A stretch of DNA of 64,000 nt from Okamejei kenojei. Lineage: Eukaryota. Numbering within the stretch: the first letter of the stretch is position 1; the number at the start of each line of letters is the position of its first letter. A program made the translations under genes and the position numbers. The DNA lies in assembly GCA_035221665.1 (NCBI GenBank), contig CM069131.1, forward strand, positions 75,454,001 to 75,518,000, given 5' to 3'. The notes below the pieces were generated by a model that saw only the letters and a list, made by a program, of their open reading frames with translations, had not been told where the DNA came from and did not search any database. Below, piece after piece: positions 35,790-47,979 of the stretch.

Positions 35790-36405
35790 TTGGGGGTGCC
35801 GCCCTGTATGTTATGGCTGCCCAGCCTGCAGCTGTTTGTTTTTCACTCTTTTCTTTATTTTTAGTGAGTTAAAGTGTTTTGTTTTGGAGTTCTTTTCTTT
35901 TTTATGTGGGATGTGGGGGGTGGGGGGTGGGGGGCGGAAGGGGGGGAAACTACTTTTCCTGGTCGGAGAGGCAGCTTTTCTCCGGGCTGCACTTTCGACT
36001 CGTCCTCGCGGCCTACCAGGGGGCCTGGAGCGCCATTTCCTGAGGAGACCGCCCAGAACCTCGGCTTCGGCAGCGGCGCAGTGCTGGAGCGCCATCGCGG
36101 AGCGGGCGATGCCTTGCCTGGGTCGCCGCGCTGGAACTCCGGTGAGCTGAAGACCGCCGACAAAAACGGCCTGGAACATCGGGCCTCCGTGAAGGTGACT
36201 GCGGAGGCTTCAATAGGCCCGACAATGGGTGGACATGGGATGGGGACTGGACATTGTGCCTTCCCTCATAATGGGAACCATTGTGGTGGAATGTTTTTTG
36301 TGTTTAAATCTCTTTATCAGTGTTATGTCTGTATTCTTTTTTATGTGCTGCATTGGCAAGAAACATTTCACTACACCTATTGATGTACGTGACCAATAAA
36401 TTAAC
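35790..36405 (+). mobile_element. GC-rich non-coding repeat with a LINE-like 3' tail (unclassified, SINE-like)
   Basis: CpG-rich core without a credible ORF, ending atttcactacacc...gtacgtgaccaataaa, like the tails at ~22400 (-) and ~41100. Confidence 0.45.
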
Positions 36406-36499
36406 CTTTGAACCATTATTGCTTTGGCATCTATCGGTAATGAGTCTACATGTCTGTTCCTCTATCTCCCGTTTGCTATTGAGGGGTCTATAGTACAAT

Positions 36500-37130
36500 T
36501 ATGCTGAACTATACCAAAATGAACCAGTTATGCTGAACAAGCCCTGGAACAATACCATCAAAGATCCTTACGAAAGAATTCTGAGGATCAGCTGCGAGGA
36601 CAAACGCACCAACATCAGCGTTTTGGAGGAAGCCAACATGACCAGCAACACCTCCACAATAATGCAGCACCAACTTCGATGGACTGGCCATGTCATCCGC
36701 ATGTCCAACACACGACTCCCTAAAGAAATCCTGTATTCTCAACTGAAGGAAGGTCGGTGAGCCCCTGGCGGGCCAAAGAAATGCTTCAAGGACAACATGA
36801 AGAACAGTCTGATGAAATTCCACATCACATCGAGCAACTGGGAGCATATTGCATTGGACAGGCGCTGCTGGAGGAAATCTGTGTAGGAAGGAGCTGCACG
36901 TTACGAAATGGGAATACGCTGTGTCACAGAGACAAAGCGACAGCACCTTAAGGAGAGAGAGAAGGGGGCTCGACGACTACCAACTGCCAGTCTCCACTGC
37001 CCACGTTGCACCATGGTGTGTGGATCGGCCTCTACAGACATCTGCAGACCCACAAGTAGATGACCCTATGGAGAGGAGAGGACAGTCATACTCGTTTTGA
37101 GTGACCGCCGATGATGATGATGATGATGAT
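36500..37130 (+). mobile_element. RTE-clade LINE 3' end
   Basis: RILRISCEDKRTNISVLEEA...QLRWTGHVIRMSNTRLPKEILYSQL..G; (gat)n tail at 37110-37130. Confidence 0.85.
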
Positions 37131-37729
37131 ATGGATTCTGTGGTGGTTGACATTTCCCAATTATTTCCATTCCATTTTGTGCATCTTCTTTGACCCCTCC
37201 TATCCAAAGCTTTACTTTGTCCTTGCCTTCTCATATCACGGCTGAGCACTTGAACAAAAGCCCAATCTGACCTGACAACTTGTGTTGGAGTTGGGTGTCG
37301 TAAAATTAAAAGGCTGGTTTTGGATTGGACCATGACAGGTTGGATCACCGTTAAAAACATTGCATAGAAACGGTGCAGAGAAGGGTCACAGCCTGCAAAT
37401 AGGCAGGACAATTTGGAGAGGACAGCAAGAGGTTCTTGCTGCTCCATGTTTGGCTTTGCAGTTGAACCTGGGTATCTGACCTGAACCTGATGGGACCAAA
37501 CAAGATGCGTTACATTCAGGTATCCAAAAAGTAAGTTTTTGGAGTGGAATCATTTTAATTCGCTATCACACCAAACTTCTGATCCACCCGTCACATTGAG
37601 CATGTCATCATTTCGGTTATTGCACAACAGGCCCTCCAAAAATATCTGTCCCCAATTCAGCTGAAACCACTCTGTCTGCCATCCCATGTCCATCATTATT
37701 GCCCCAGAAGCCTGTTGCTTTCCGTGACT

Positions 37730-38350
37730 TCCTCAGGCACATCAGCGCCTCTACTTCCTAAGAAGATTACGGAGAGTCGGTAAGTCAAGGAGGACTCCCT
37801 CGAACCTCTACAGGTGCACCGTAGAGAGCATACTGACTGACTGGCTGCATCGTGGCTTGGTTCGGCAACTTGAACGTCCAGGAGCGGAAAAAAATGCAGA
37901 AAGTTGTGACCACTGCCCAGTCCATCATCGGCTCTGACATCCCCACCATCGAAGGGATCTATCACAGTCACTGCCTCATAAAGGCAGCCAACATCATCAA
38001 AGACCCACACCACCCTGGCCACACACTCATCTCACCGTTGCCATCGGGAAGAAAGTACAGGAGCTTGAAATCTGGAACATCTAGGTTCAGGAACAGCTTC
38101 TTCCCCACAGCCATCAGGTTATTAAACACAACACCAAACAAGCTCTGAACAATAAGAGTGTATTATTACTATTGCACTTTATCTGTTTATTTATTGTGTA
38201 TATATATATATGGTCTATGGTATATAGACACACTGAACCTTTATCTCCTGTTCTGTACTATGTTTACATGTTCTGTTGTGCTGCAGCAAGCAAGAATTTC
38301 ATTGTCCTATCTGGGACACATGACAACAAAACTCTCTTGACTTGACTCTT
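37730..38350 (+). mobile_element. Rex1/Babar-type LINE 3' end
   Basis: AWFGN...IIKDPHHPGHTLISPLPSGRKYRSL...RFRNSFFPTAIRLLN; (cttga)n tail. Confidence 0.88.
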
Positions 38351-40216
38351 GACAAATGCCTGAAGCGCACCCACTTCCCTTTTATCTCCCCCTCCAACAG
38401 CCCAAACAAATTTACAGTTGAAGTAGCAACTTGCATGCACTTTATTCAACGTAGCTGTTCACCGTACGCAATCTCTTTTGAAAAAAATCTGAAGGCCTCA
38501 CCCCAATATTCTGGTCATCTGTCATTTTCACCAAGCCAGTTCCGAACTTTCCACCACATCTGATCCTGTTGTAATAATCACATTTTCCCTGCCGCTCCAT
38601 TACATACAGCTTCCCTTTCTTTTACACATTTTCTAACATTTGTGCAGCTTGCAACTATTACTTTTGTGATGCAGGCAGTGGGAGGTCAGATACACTGTCC
38701 ATGCACTTAAGATAGTTCAGCAGGGCTAGGAATAGCAACAGAAGCAACAGCATGTTGCATGCGTGTGGCACGGGAAGACAAGAATCCTATGAAAGCACAT
38801 ATTAAACCTTGAAACACATAGTGGGCAAACAGTGGTCATCTACTGGTGAGAAAGGGTATTAAGGGAGCAGATTTTCACTGAAAGAAACAAAGAAACAAAG
38901 AAAAACTTATGGATTATGGGTTTCTTCACCACAATTAGCTTATTGTGGTTTCTGTAATAATGTGAAAACCCTCCGTTATGGAGTCTGAGCTCAGAGAGAA
39001 TTTAGGAATATCGCACTTAGTTTGGGACTTGGGCCCTTGAGCCTGTTGACCTATGCTCTATTCCTTGACTTGGTTTGAGTCATTCTGTGCCACATGACTT
39101 TCTTGCATGATGTTCATGTACTAATTAGTTTAAAGACTTACTATTTACAGTTGGCCCCATTAAAGGCAAACAGAGTCTAAGGACAGAAGTCCAAGATAGG
39201 GCCTAGTAAAACTGGCGAAGACTAGAAAGCCTGACTGCAGTGCAAGGGAACGAGAAACTACAGATGTTGGTGTACCAAGGAAGGACTCAAAATGATGAAG
39301 TAGCTCAGCAGGTCATGCAGCATCTCTGGAGAACATGGATAGTTTTGGGTCAGGCCCCATCGTCAGAATAAGCAGAAGGGTTCCGACTGCTGAAATCACC
39401 TCAACAGAATAATTACAATTCATAATAAGCAACCCACCTACTAGGTTTGAGTTAAATGAAGAGGTTGGGGGACCTTTTGAGCGGTGTGGTTTTGTTGAGA
39501 TTAAACTCAATTAAAAAATACTGTTGCTACCTTAACTTGGTTCAGTTATTTAAAGTACGACAGGAGGAAAGAAAGTTTTGTACATTGCCAATACACCGAA
39601 ACCAAAGCACCTCCATTGTCATGTGAAACCACCTTACAATTTAATGATAGAAATAATTTTAAAGTACTTGCACCTGCCAGGAAAGCACTTGCAAAGTGAA
39701 CACGTTGGAAATTCGGGCACAAATTCCTCACTGTTTTTGTTAATGGCAGAATTTCCAATTTGCGCATGCGCCCGGTAGCACAATGGATTATTAGATAATG
39801 CCCTTTCACTTACGACCTGGGTTATTGTAGCCCAAAGTGACAGGGTGACCATCTACCATCTGCTTCTGTAAAAAGAATATGTTGAATGATTCTCAGTTCA
39901 CTTTCAAGTCAGAATAGGATTCTAACACAGCAGCAACTTTGAATTGCTGTTATTCATAGCTTAGTTCAAAAGAAGTCATAAGATTGTTGAGAAATTTAAA
40001 CATTTTTTCCCGTAAATTAATACTCAGTACATTGTGGACTGTACATACTTAATACTAAAATATTTTGCTGATTAACAATTAATGAGATTTGCATCAATTT
40101 GCTGTGGAAATGCATAATGGAGCCCACATAAATTAAACATGCTAACAATAGCAAAACACAAGCTATTAGTGAAATGACAACAGAGATGGAGACGACAGCT
40201 ATAAAGTTAAACTCAC

Positions 40217-40281
40217 CACTGCAAGTTAAATTGTCAATATTGAAAGGATCTTTCACATCTGAAGTACACGTTAGTTGTTCC
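40217..40281 (-). CDS. CCDC158: CCDC158 exon
   Basis: (R)EQLTCTSDVKDPFNIDNLTCS; ctgcAG acceptor, G|GTGAGT donor; phase 2-1. Confidence 0.75.
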
Positions 40282-40859
40282 CTGCAGAAGAAATGCACAG
40301 AGCATTCCATGTAGCAAGCAACATACACAGATTTAGTAGCAATTGCATGACAGTTAATTATAGCAGCTATTCACACCTGTCCTCATATTTTATCGGAACA
40401 CAAAGCACATTTACGCACATGCATCTACTACATTTCAAAGTTTTAGAATAATGGAAAGGATGAACTTTGTTTATTTGGGAATGAAAGACATTTATAAGGA
40501 TTTTAAAACTTTTCTATGCCTCTCGTGATCCTTGACCTAACCATGTGTAAGATACTGAGTGATAGCTCATGTCGCTGAACCCATGGAGCAGCATTGAATT
40601 TTATTGTTGATGTAAACTGAGAACGTTTCAATTGTCATTCTACACAACTATGGCATCATGCAATCTAAAACGTTCTCCTGTTTGATCCAACACATGTGCC
40701 TTGCACTGTGTGAGGAAGTAAGAAATGAGGCCTCTTTAAAAGAGAAAGGGAATGGGAGCAGTTTGCATAAAGCTTAAATTTATCTATGCTCTGGAGATTA
40801 TGAAAGGTTTGTGGGCAGTAAAGATTTAGCATTAAAGTATATTACTTTTCTGTTCCCAG

Positions 40860-41135
40860 TATCTCCCCAGGTGTTATCAGGCAAATGAATCATCCTACCA
40901 TAATCAGAGAGCAGTGCTGAACCACTATCTACCTCTTTGGAGCCCCTTGCAATGCCCTAGATCGGACTTTGCTGGCTTTACCTTGCACTAAATGTTATTC
41001 GCTTATCATGTATCAATGCAATGTAAATGGATCAATCGTAATCATGTATTGTCTTTCTGCTGACTGGTTAGCATGCAACAAAAGCTTTTCACTGTACCTC
41101 AGTACATGTGACAATAAACTAAACTGAACTAAACA
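40860..41135 (+). mobile_element. Short retroposon tail fragment
   Basis: Ends ...ttttcactgtacctcagtacatgtgacaataaactaaactgaactaaac. Confidence 0.55.
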
Positions 41136-41483
41136 ATAATGTTTTACACAATTATGTGCAGAATTGCGTACTAGATTTTCATACAAAATAAGAATATTAA
41201 CTGACATGTTAATTCCGTCTCCCAATCAATCATGTTAGAGAGAACTCAATGTTACTATATATGTGAACTCAAAGGTTGTATTAAATTATTCAAACTTCAA
41301 TGAAATTTATTTTTTTCAAAAAGCAATTCTTTGCAGTAATTGGGAACCCTTGATCTGCATTGAATCTTTTTACTACAACTTAAGGCAGAACATAATGATC
41401 ATTTTAATTTGTTTTCCTAACAGTGTGCTTATGAACAAAAACACAGTGAGAAAAATATATTTAAAAATCATAATTAAAACAGT

Positions 41484-41617
41484 TTAAGAAAGAACTGCAG
41501 ATGCTGGAAAAATCGAAGGAACAGTTGACATTTCGGGTCGACCCTTCTTCAGCCTGTTCCTTCGCTCCATAGATGCTGCCTCACCCCCTGAGTTTCTCCA
41601 GCATTTTTGTCTACCTT
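41484..41617. mobile_element. Short Penelope pLTR fold-back insertion
   Basis: 14-bp TSD ataattaaaacagt (41470-41483 and 41618-41631), tail aagaactgcagatgctgg, degenerate antisense hammerhead. Confidence 0.8.
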
Positions 41618-41644
41618 ATAATTAAAACAGTAATATTTTCAAAC

Positions 41645-41701
41645 CTAAAGAGAGAGTCTTGGTTTCCTCGTTCCCTGCAGACATCTGTATTCAAGTCATC
41701 A
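41645..41701 (-). CDS. CCDC158: CCDC158 small exon
   Basis: DDLNTDVCRERGNQDSLF(R), similar to human SDMCHRSNNSLR (recalled); phase 2-2 fits both neighbours. Confidence 0.65.
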
Positions 41702-41774
41702 CTAAAAATGAAAACAAGAATAAAAGTAATCTGACAAAATTCATACCATTATAATTTAATATCTATCAATATGT

Positions 41775-42270
41775 AGAGGGTCCAGAGGAGGTCTACAAGA
41801 ATGATTCCAGGAATGAGTGGGTTAGCATATGATGAGCGTTTGACAGCACTGAGCCTGTACTCGCTGGAGTTTAGAAGGTTGAGGGGGGACATCATTGAAA
41901 CTTACAGGATAATGAAAGGCACAGATAGAGTGGATGCGGAAAGGGCGTTTTCACTGGTGGGAGAGTCTAGGACCAGAAGTCGTAGCCTCAGAATTAAAGG
42001 GCGCTCTTTTAGAAAGGAGCTGAGGAGGAACCTCTTTAGTCAGAGGGTAGTTAATCTGTGGAATTTATTGCCACAGAGGGCAGTGGAGCTTGTCAGCGGA
42101 TATTTTTAAGGCAGAGATAGACAAATTCATGATTCGAACGGATGTCAAGGGTTATGGGGTGAAGGCAGGAAAATGGGATTAAGAGGCAGAGATCAGCCAT
42201 GATTGAATGACGGAGTAGATCTGAGCTGAATGGCCTAATTCTACTCCAATAACGTGTGAACTTGTGAATA
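41775..42270 (+). mobile_element. CR1 3' end
   Basis: ORF 41801..42109. Confidence 0.85.
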
Positions 42271-42547
42271 TTCATTACTTAAGACATTAGAAAACCCTGG
42301 ACCATACTAGAAACATTCATTGTGCATTAATAGAAAATATTGCAATGTTACACTGGAACTGAGCTTTTTCGCAGCTTAACTATAAATGATGAGGCCCAAG
42401 ATGCACATGAAGGGAATAAAATGTTCATTTGGGTAGGTCATTAGATCACGGTTGGAGTAGGGTATAAGGTCAGCAATTACATTTTAACAACTACAGGAAA
42501 CAAGACCTAAAGAATAAATGAAAATGTACCCAGTGTTTATATCTTAC

Positions 42548-42708
42548 ACTGCATGCATGTTCCTTGATCTTTGTTCTCCCTCACATTCATTGTAATTTAT
42601 GTTGTTTGATCTGTTGCACCCATCACAGACAGTATTCTTAAGGTCCATTAAAATATTGGTCAAGTGAGGGTTCAAATCCTCTTGAAGACAACAGGTTCCT
42701 GAAGGTGC
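42548..42708 (-). CDS. CCDC158: CCDC158 exon
   Basis: APSGTCCLQEDLNPHLTNILMDLKNTV...; tttcAG acceptor, GTAAGA donor; phase 0-2. Confidence 0.8.
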
Positions 42709-43519
42709 CTGAAATTCATACACAAAAAGAAACGAGTCAAAACTGGGCTGTTTTTGTGAGGCGAATAAAAAAAGTCTAAAGTGAATGATAATATGCAACC
42801 TGAATTTGTTATAAATTTTGAATTAGGGAGAGAAAATAGAAATAACCTTTATCTTCATGGTTTGGACAATAAACCACTGAGTTGGAACATTAACTAGCTA
42901 CAGGAGCCATCTGATGACCATTTACATCGAAGCTAATGGAAGTGGATTGAGTTTTACATCAAGAATTTACTCAATTATTTACTATCCTTGTGGTGAAGAT
43001 GAAAGTGGGATCCAATTTTATCAAATTATGTTTTTGTGTTTACATTCTCTTTCAAAAACAACTGGGCGTTCAACTTGTTGTTTGATTGATTACTCTTGAT
43101 AGCCCCAATGATATACTTGCATCTACAGGATTTTTTTTTTCAAGAGCCAATTAATATGGAGGTAAATGTTTTTTTTGCATATGGAGTCATTTATTGTAAG
43201 TTGGTGTATTTGGTTAGATAATACTTTGGTTTTGGCCTTGGTTTTCTTAATTGAGCACTTATCCTGGAGTTATAGAACAAGCAATTTGTGTTTTAATTGT
43301 AATTTTACATTAGCCCAGCTAGTGATTGTTGTGAACAGAGCAGCTGACAACTAGGGAAAGTCCAAGGAACAGCTTGGAAAGACAGCTGACAGGAGGGAAT
43401 AGACCCCACTGGAACTGTTATGGGTTAGCACCTCATTGAAGCAGTGGCGTAGATTGTAAACAGTCTCGCTGCACCCCTAAAAAGCTACGACAAATAAAAG
43501 AATGATACCCCTTGAGTCT

Positions 43520-44420
43520 GTGAGAGCTGTGCATAGCTGGACACAGTGCGAACTCCATCATCAAGTTCGCTGACGACACCACTGTTGTGGGATGAATCAC
43601 TGATGGGGACGAGTCAGAGCATAGAAGTGAGATCAACCGATTGACCAAATGGTGCCAACACAATAACCTGGCTCTCAACACCAGCAAAACCAAGGAACTG
43701 ATTGTGGACTTTGGAAGGGGTAGGATAGGGACCCACAATCCCGTTTACATCAATGGGACGATGGTGGAAAGGGTCAAGAACGTCAAATTCCTGGGCGTGC
43801 ACATTTCCGAAAATCTTTCCTGGTCCCAGGACACTGATGCAATTATAAAGAAAGCACACATCATCGCCTCTACTTCCAGAGAAGACTACGGAGAGTCGGT
43901 ATGTCAAAGAGGACTCTCTCGAACTTCTACAGGTGCACATCAGAGAGCATGCTGACTGGTTGCATCGTGGCTTGGTTCGGCAACCTGAGCATCCAGGAGT
44001 GGAAAAGGATGCAGAAAGTTGTGACCACTGCCCAGTCCATCATCGGCTCTGACCTCCCCACCATCGAAGGGATCTATCGCAGTCGCTGCCTCAAAAAGGC
44101 AGCCAACTTCATCAAGGACCCACACCATCCTGGCCACACACTCATCTCTCCGCTACCATCGGGCAGAAGGTAAAAGAGCCTGAAATCTGTTACATCCAGG
44201 TTCAGGAACAGCTTCTTCCCACAGCCATCAGGCTATTAAACACGACAACAAACAGACTCTGAACTGTAACAGACTATTGCACTTTATCTGCTTATTTATA
44301 TGTATATTGAACTGAACTGTTCTGTATTTATGCTTACAATATTCTGTTGTGCTGCAGCAAGCAAGAATTTCATTGTGCTATCTGGGACACATGACAATAA
44401 ACTCTCTTGACTTGACTTGA
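43520..44420 (+). mobile_element. Rex1/Babar-type LINE 3' portion
   Basis: NSIIKFADDTTVVG, WCQHNNLALNTSKTKELIVDF, KDPHHPGHTLISPLPSGRR; (cttga)n tail. Confidence 0.9.
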
Positions 44421-44424
44421 GAAA

Positions 44425-46025
44425 AGACTACGAGTAGGCTTAGCACATCAATGAAGGACAGCGGCTCAGTGGTAGAGGGAAAAAAGCTCCAGGTCTGTTC
44501 TTGTGGTTGGCAGAAACTAACAACAGCAAAGGGCTCAGAATACATCAGGGAAAGAAGAAGAGCTTGTTAGAGGGAGTGCAGGGAAATCGCATTGAGCAGT
44601 ACTTCTTGAGAAGTCAGGCAAGTCAGTCAAGTTAAGTCCAGCTACAGGTAGAAAACCACAGTTCGCAGGATATCATTACCCCTGTCACTGATGAGGAGGA
44701 AACAAGTGCTGTAGAGGGGGATGTAGGTGGTGGTGAGGCTAATCTGCCAATCAGGAAGATGAATGGTGGGCTGAAACCTAGAGTTAAATGGCCGAGGGCA
44801 AGCGAATGGAAGGAATGGGAAACTGTTAATATAGATTTGGTAAAGGTGTTAGAGAGTCTGAAAGGGACAAGTTAGATAAGATGAGAGAGTTTATTTACCA
44901 ATATTGTGCAGACAGGTTTGGTGTTATTGAGAAAAAAGAAAGTGCAGCTCTACAGGTGGTTAGATCTAGACAAGAGAGGGAAATCAAGAGGATTGTGAAG
45001 GAGAGGAGAAAGCAGTGGAGAAAGGCTACAGTTGATGAGAGAGAGGGAATTAATGTTTTGCAAGAAGAGTTAGGAAATTGGTTAGGAATATTAAGGAGGG
45101 CAGAGAAAGAAGATGGAGCAAGATGGGTCAGCATTTTATAGGGATCCATTTAAATTTGTTAAAAGAATGTTTAGTCAGGAAAAAAGTGGAAAACTCAAAG
45201 CTTCAAAGGAAGAGTTGGAGGAATCTTTAAAAAGGACAAACTCGGATTCAGAAAAGAAAAGGGGAATGGGGTTCCCACCAGATATACCACCCTTAAGAGA
45301 GATAGAGTATGTTAGATGTTTTGCCACCAAAGTGGAAGGAAGTGGAAGCAGTAATAAGGCGTGCAAAGGCTTCTTCGGCCTCAGGGCCAAATGGAGTCCC
45401 TTACCGGGTATATAAAAATGCACCTGATGTGCTTAGATTCGTGTGGAGACTCTTGTGTATAGTTTGGGAGAAGCAGGACAGACCAAAGGTTTGGTGTAGA
45501 GCATGGGAAATTTTTGTTCCCAAGGAGTTAAGTCAGTTTAGGCTTATGTCTCCTAAATGTAGAAGGCAAGATTTTCTTCAGCATAATGGACACAGAAGCT
45601 GCGTTATTTAGAAACAAACAGGTTAATAGATACCACAGTGGAGAAAGCATGAATCCCAGGTTTCACAGGTTGCTGAGAACATATTAGCATAATATGGCAC
45701 CAGATTTAGACAGCCAAGCTCGAGAGTTGCATGTAGTGTTTTTGGACCTGCCAAATGTGTTTGGATCTGTGCCACATAGTCTTATTTGGAGTGCTTTTGA
45801 TTTCTTTAAAGTTCCAAAATCAATAGTAAATTTAGTGAAAGCATATTTCCAAGATGTCCGCACATGTTTTAGTACACAGACTTTACGACAGCATGGCAGA
45901 TACTAGAGATGGGCATTATGGCAGGGTGTACTATTTCCCCGCTAGCGTTTACAATGGCGATGGAGCTAGTTATTAGTGCATCACGGTGGGTCGTCGGCGG
46001 GGGATATGGCAGGATGGATGGCGCC
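44425..46025 (+). mobile_element. Degenerate RLE-type non-LTR retrotransposon (Hero-like), 5' part with RT
   Basis: N-terminal CSCG...KGL.IHQG zinc finger; ASSASGPNGVPYRVYK, LHVVFLDLPNVFGSVPH, GIMAGCTISPLAFTMAME. Confidence 0.75.
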
Positions 46026-47096
46026 TCTCTCCAGTAGATGCGTCTAGCATTTGACGAGAGAGGAAGCCCAGATTAATCCCAGTAAGGGGTATTGAGACAA
46101 TGTCCGATGCCTTTGAGGTATGCAGTGACTGATGACTTTGATACGCAAGTATCTTGTACCAAATGTCTGATATCCTTGATATGTAAAGTCCTTGTACCAC
46201 ATGACAAGATTTCTTTGATGCAACTGATGTGACGAGACAACTCAGACGCATCCTGTAGTAACGTGTATTCTCTGTACCTCTGACCATGACTAATGTTTGT
46301 GGAATGTGCTAAGGTGACAAAAAGCAGTATATAATACCATGCAATTCTGTTGTTCCGGGAAGTGGACTCACTTGTGTTGCTCACTTGGCTGGGGTTTCCT
46401 AGCCACCTCCATCGGCCGATAATAAGTAAAGTTTTGAATTGGTCTACCAAACCATGTTGTGAGTTGTCTGTTTATTAAGAAGCGAATTTGTTTAATTAAA
46501 AGTAACTTTTTCATCTATAGTGGTCTTTTTAGACACCATTTTTGGTTATCAATTTTTAGTTAAAATGTACCAAGAACACTTTTCGAATGTCTCTAACTAA
46601 TTTTTTGATTTGGTGTCCTTTTTACTAATACAATCTTTTTAACAATTAAAATAAAAAGTATTCATACTTTTGAAGAACAACCAGCTGGGAAAGCACCAAG
46701 TTCCTCACAAGTATTGTTAAGCTTGTTGTCTGCGATCCTCGGGCAGGTGTGATCCTGGAAGGAAACCCATGTTGTAAAAGTACTTCAGGAGTTAATGATC
46801 AATCTTTAATAGAACACAGATTAATTCGCACAATGCTCATTGAAACAAGGAATCCATCCCTTTGTCTGTGTGTCAATTTTGTTTTGATTCCCCTATAACC
46901 TTGTTTCTAGATTTGCAGTGCCGTTCCTTTCCATGATAAACATGACAAAAAAAGAGTGCCTGATTCAATATAAAACAATATATGATGCAAGTTCAGCAAT
47001 CTGAAACACTATCATGGATTTTCTCCCTTCGACCTGTTGAACTTATTTCCAGCATTTTCCGTTAGATTAATTCAAAAGAGATTACTCCTTTTTTCA

Positions 47097-47289
47097 TGGA
47101 AGGAACTGCAGGTTTAAACCAAAGATAGACACAAAAAGCTGGAACAAGTCAGTAGGTCAGGCAGCATCTCTGGAGAAAAGGAATAGGTAACGTTTTGAGT
47201 CTGAAGAAGAGTCTGGACCCGAAACGTCACCTATTCCTTTTCTCCAGAGATGGTGCCTGACCCGCTAAGTTACTCCAGATTTTTATGTC
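47097..47289. mobile_element. Penelope pLTR fold-back insertion with hammerhead motif (47201-47228, +)
   Basis: 15-bp TSD ttactccttttttca (47082-47096 and 47290-47304); inverted arms; CTGAAGAAGAGTCTGGACCCGAAACGTC. Confidence 0.85.
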
Positions 47290-47553
47290 TTACTCCTTTT
47301 TTCAGTCAAAGGAGCTTTGTGCCAGCACTAAAATAATTGTGAGCTGCCTATTGCAAAAATAGGGTCACTGCTGCCATCCTGAGATTTTTAAATCTTGAGC
47401 CTTTAAATTGTTGCCTTCATTTGACAGGTCCATCATGAACAGACAAAATAACACAGGGCACCCCCAAAAACAAATGAAACGATATGAAGCACAATTGAAT
47501 ACTGGAAAATAAAGATGCACTGATTACTTGTATTAACAAGAGTGAGAACTTAC

Positions 47554-47673
47554 AGTGGAAAGGTATCCTGGTGAAGTCCGGGAAGGTGATGGATTAACAC
47601 AGGTGGGAGGGGAATAACCTCTAGGATTTGAATATGGACAGGTAGTAGAACCAAAATTCGGACCTTGGAGCTC
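47554..47673 (-). CDS. CCDC158: CCDC158 exon
   Basis: ELQGPNFGSTTCPYSNPRGYSPP...GYLST; GTAAGT donor; phase 0-0. Confidence 0.88.
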
Positions 47674-47979
47674 CTTGAAAACAAATATATTAGACAGAGT
47701 TGTAGATGGCATACCCCTTTAAAAAATATATTTACTAATATATTGTAAAAATGAATTAGCACTTAATTGACCAGTATATTTTTGATGATATGAAAAATTA
47801 AAAACTGGATTCAACAGCAAAGAGTAAATAGAACAGCTTCTCCATTGGAAGCATGTGACTGAACACAAAGCAGCACACAACATTTTAAGGCAATTTACTT
47901 TCTGAATTGCTAAATGACAAATTGACTTAATACAGTCAATAATTTCTCAAGTAGCGCTATATTCAAAAACTCACCACCG

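Noticed and set aside
36977-37447. 156-aa - strand ORF
   Set aside because: It runs through the antisense RTE tail, with no family motif or clear splice sites.
46073-46450. 125-aa - strand ORF as a possible CCDC158 exon
   Set aside because: The flanking exons (47554 and 42708) already join in phase 0, and the phase-0 reading from the nearest AG hits a stop.
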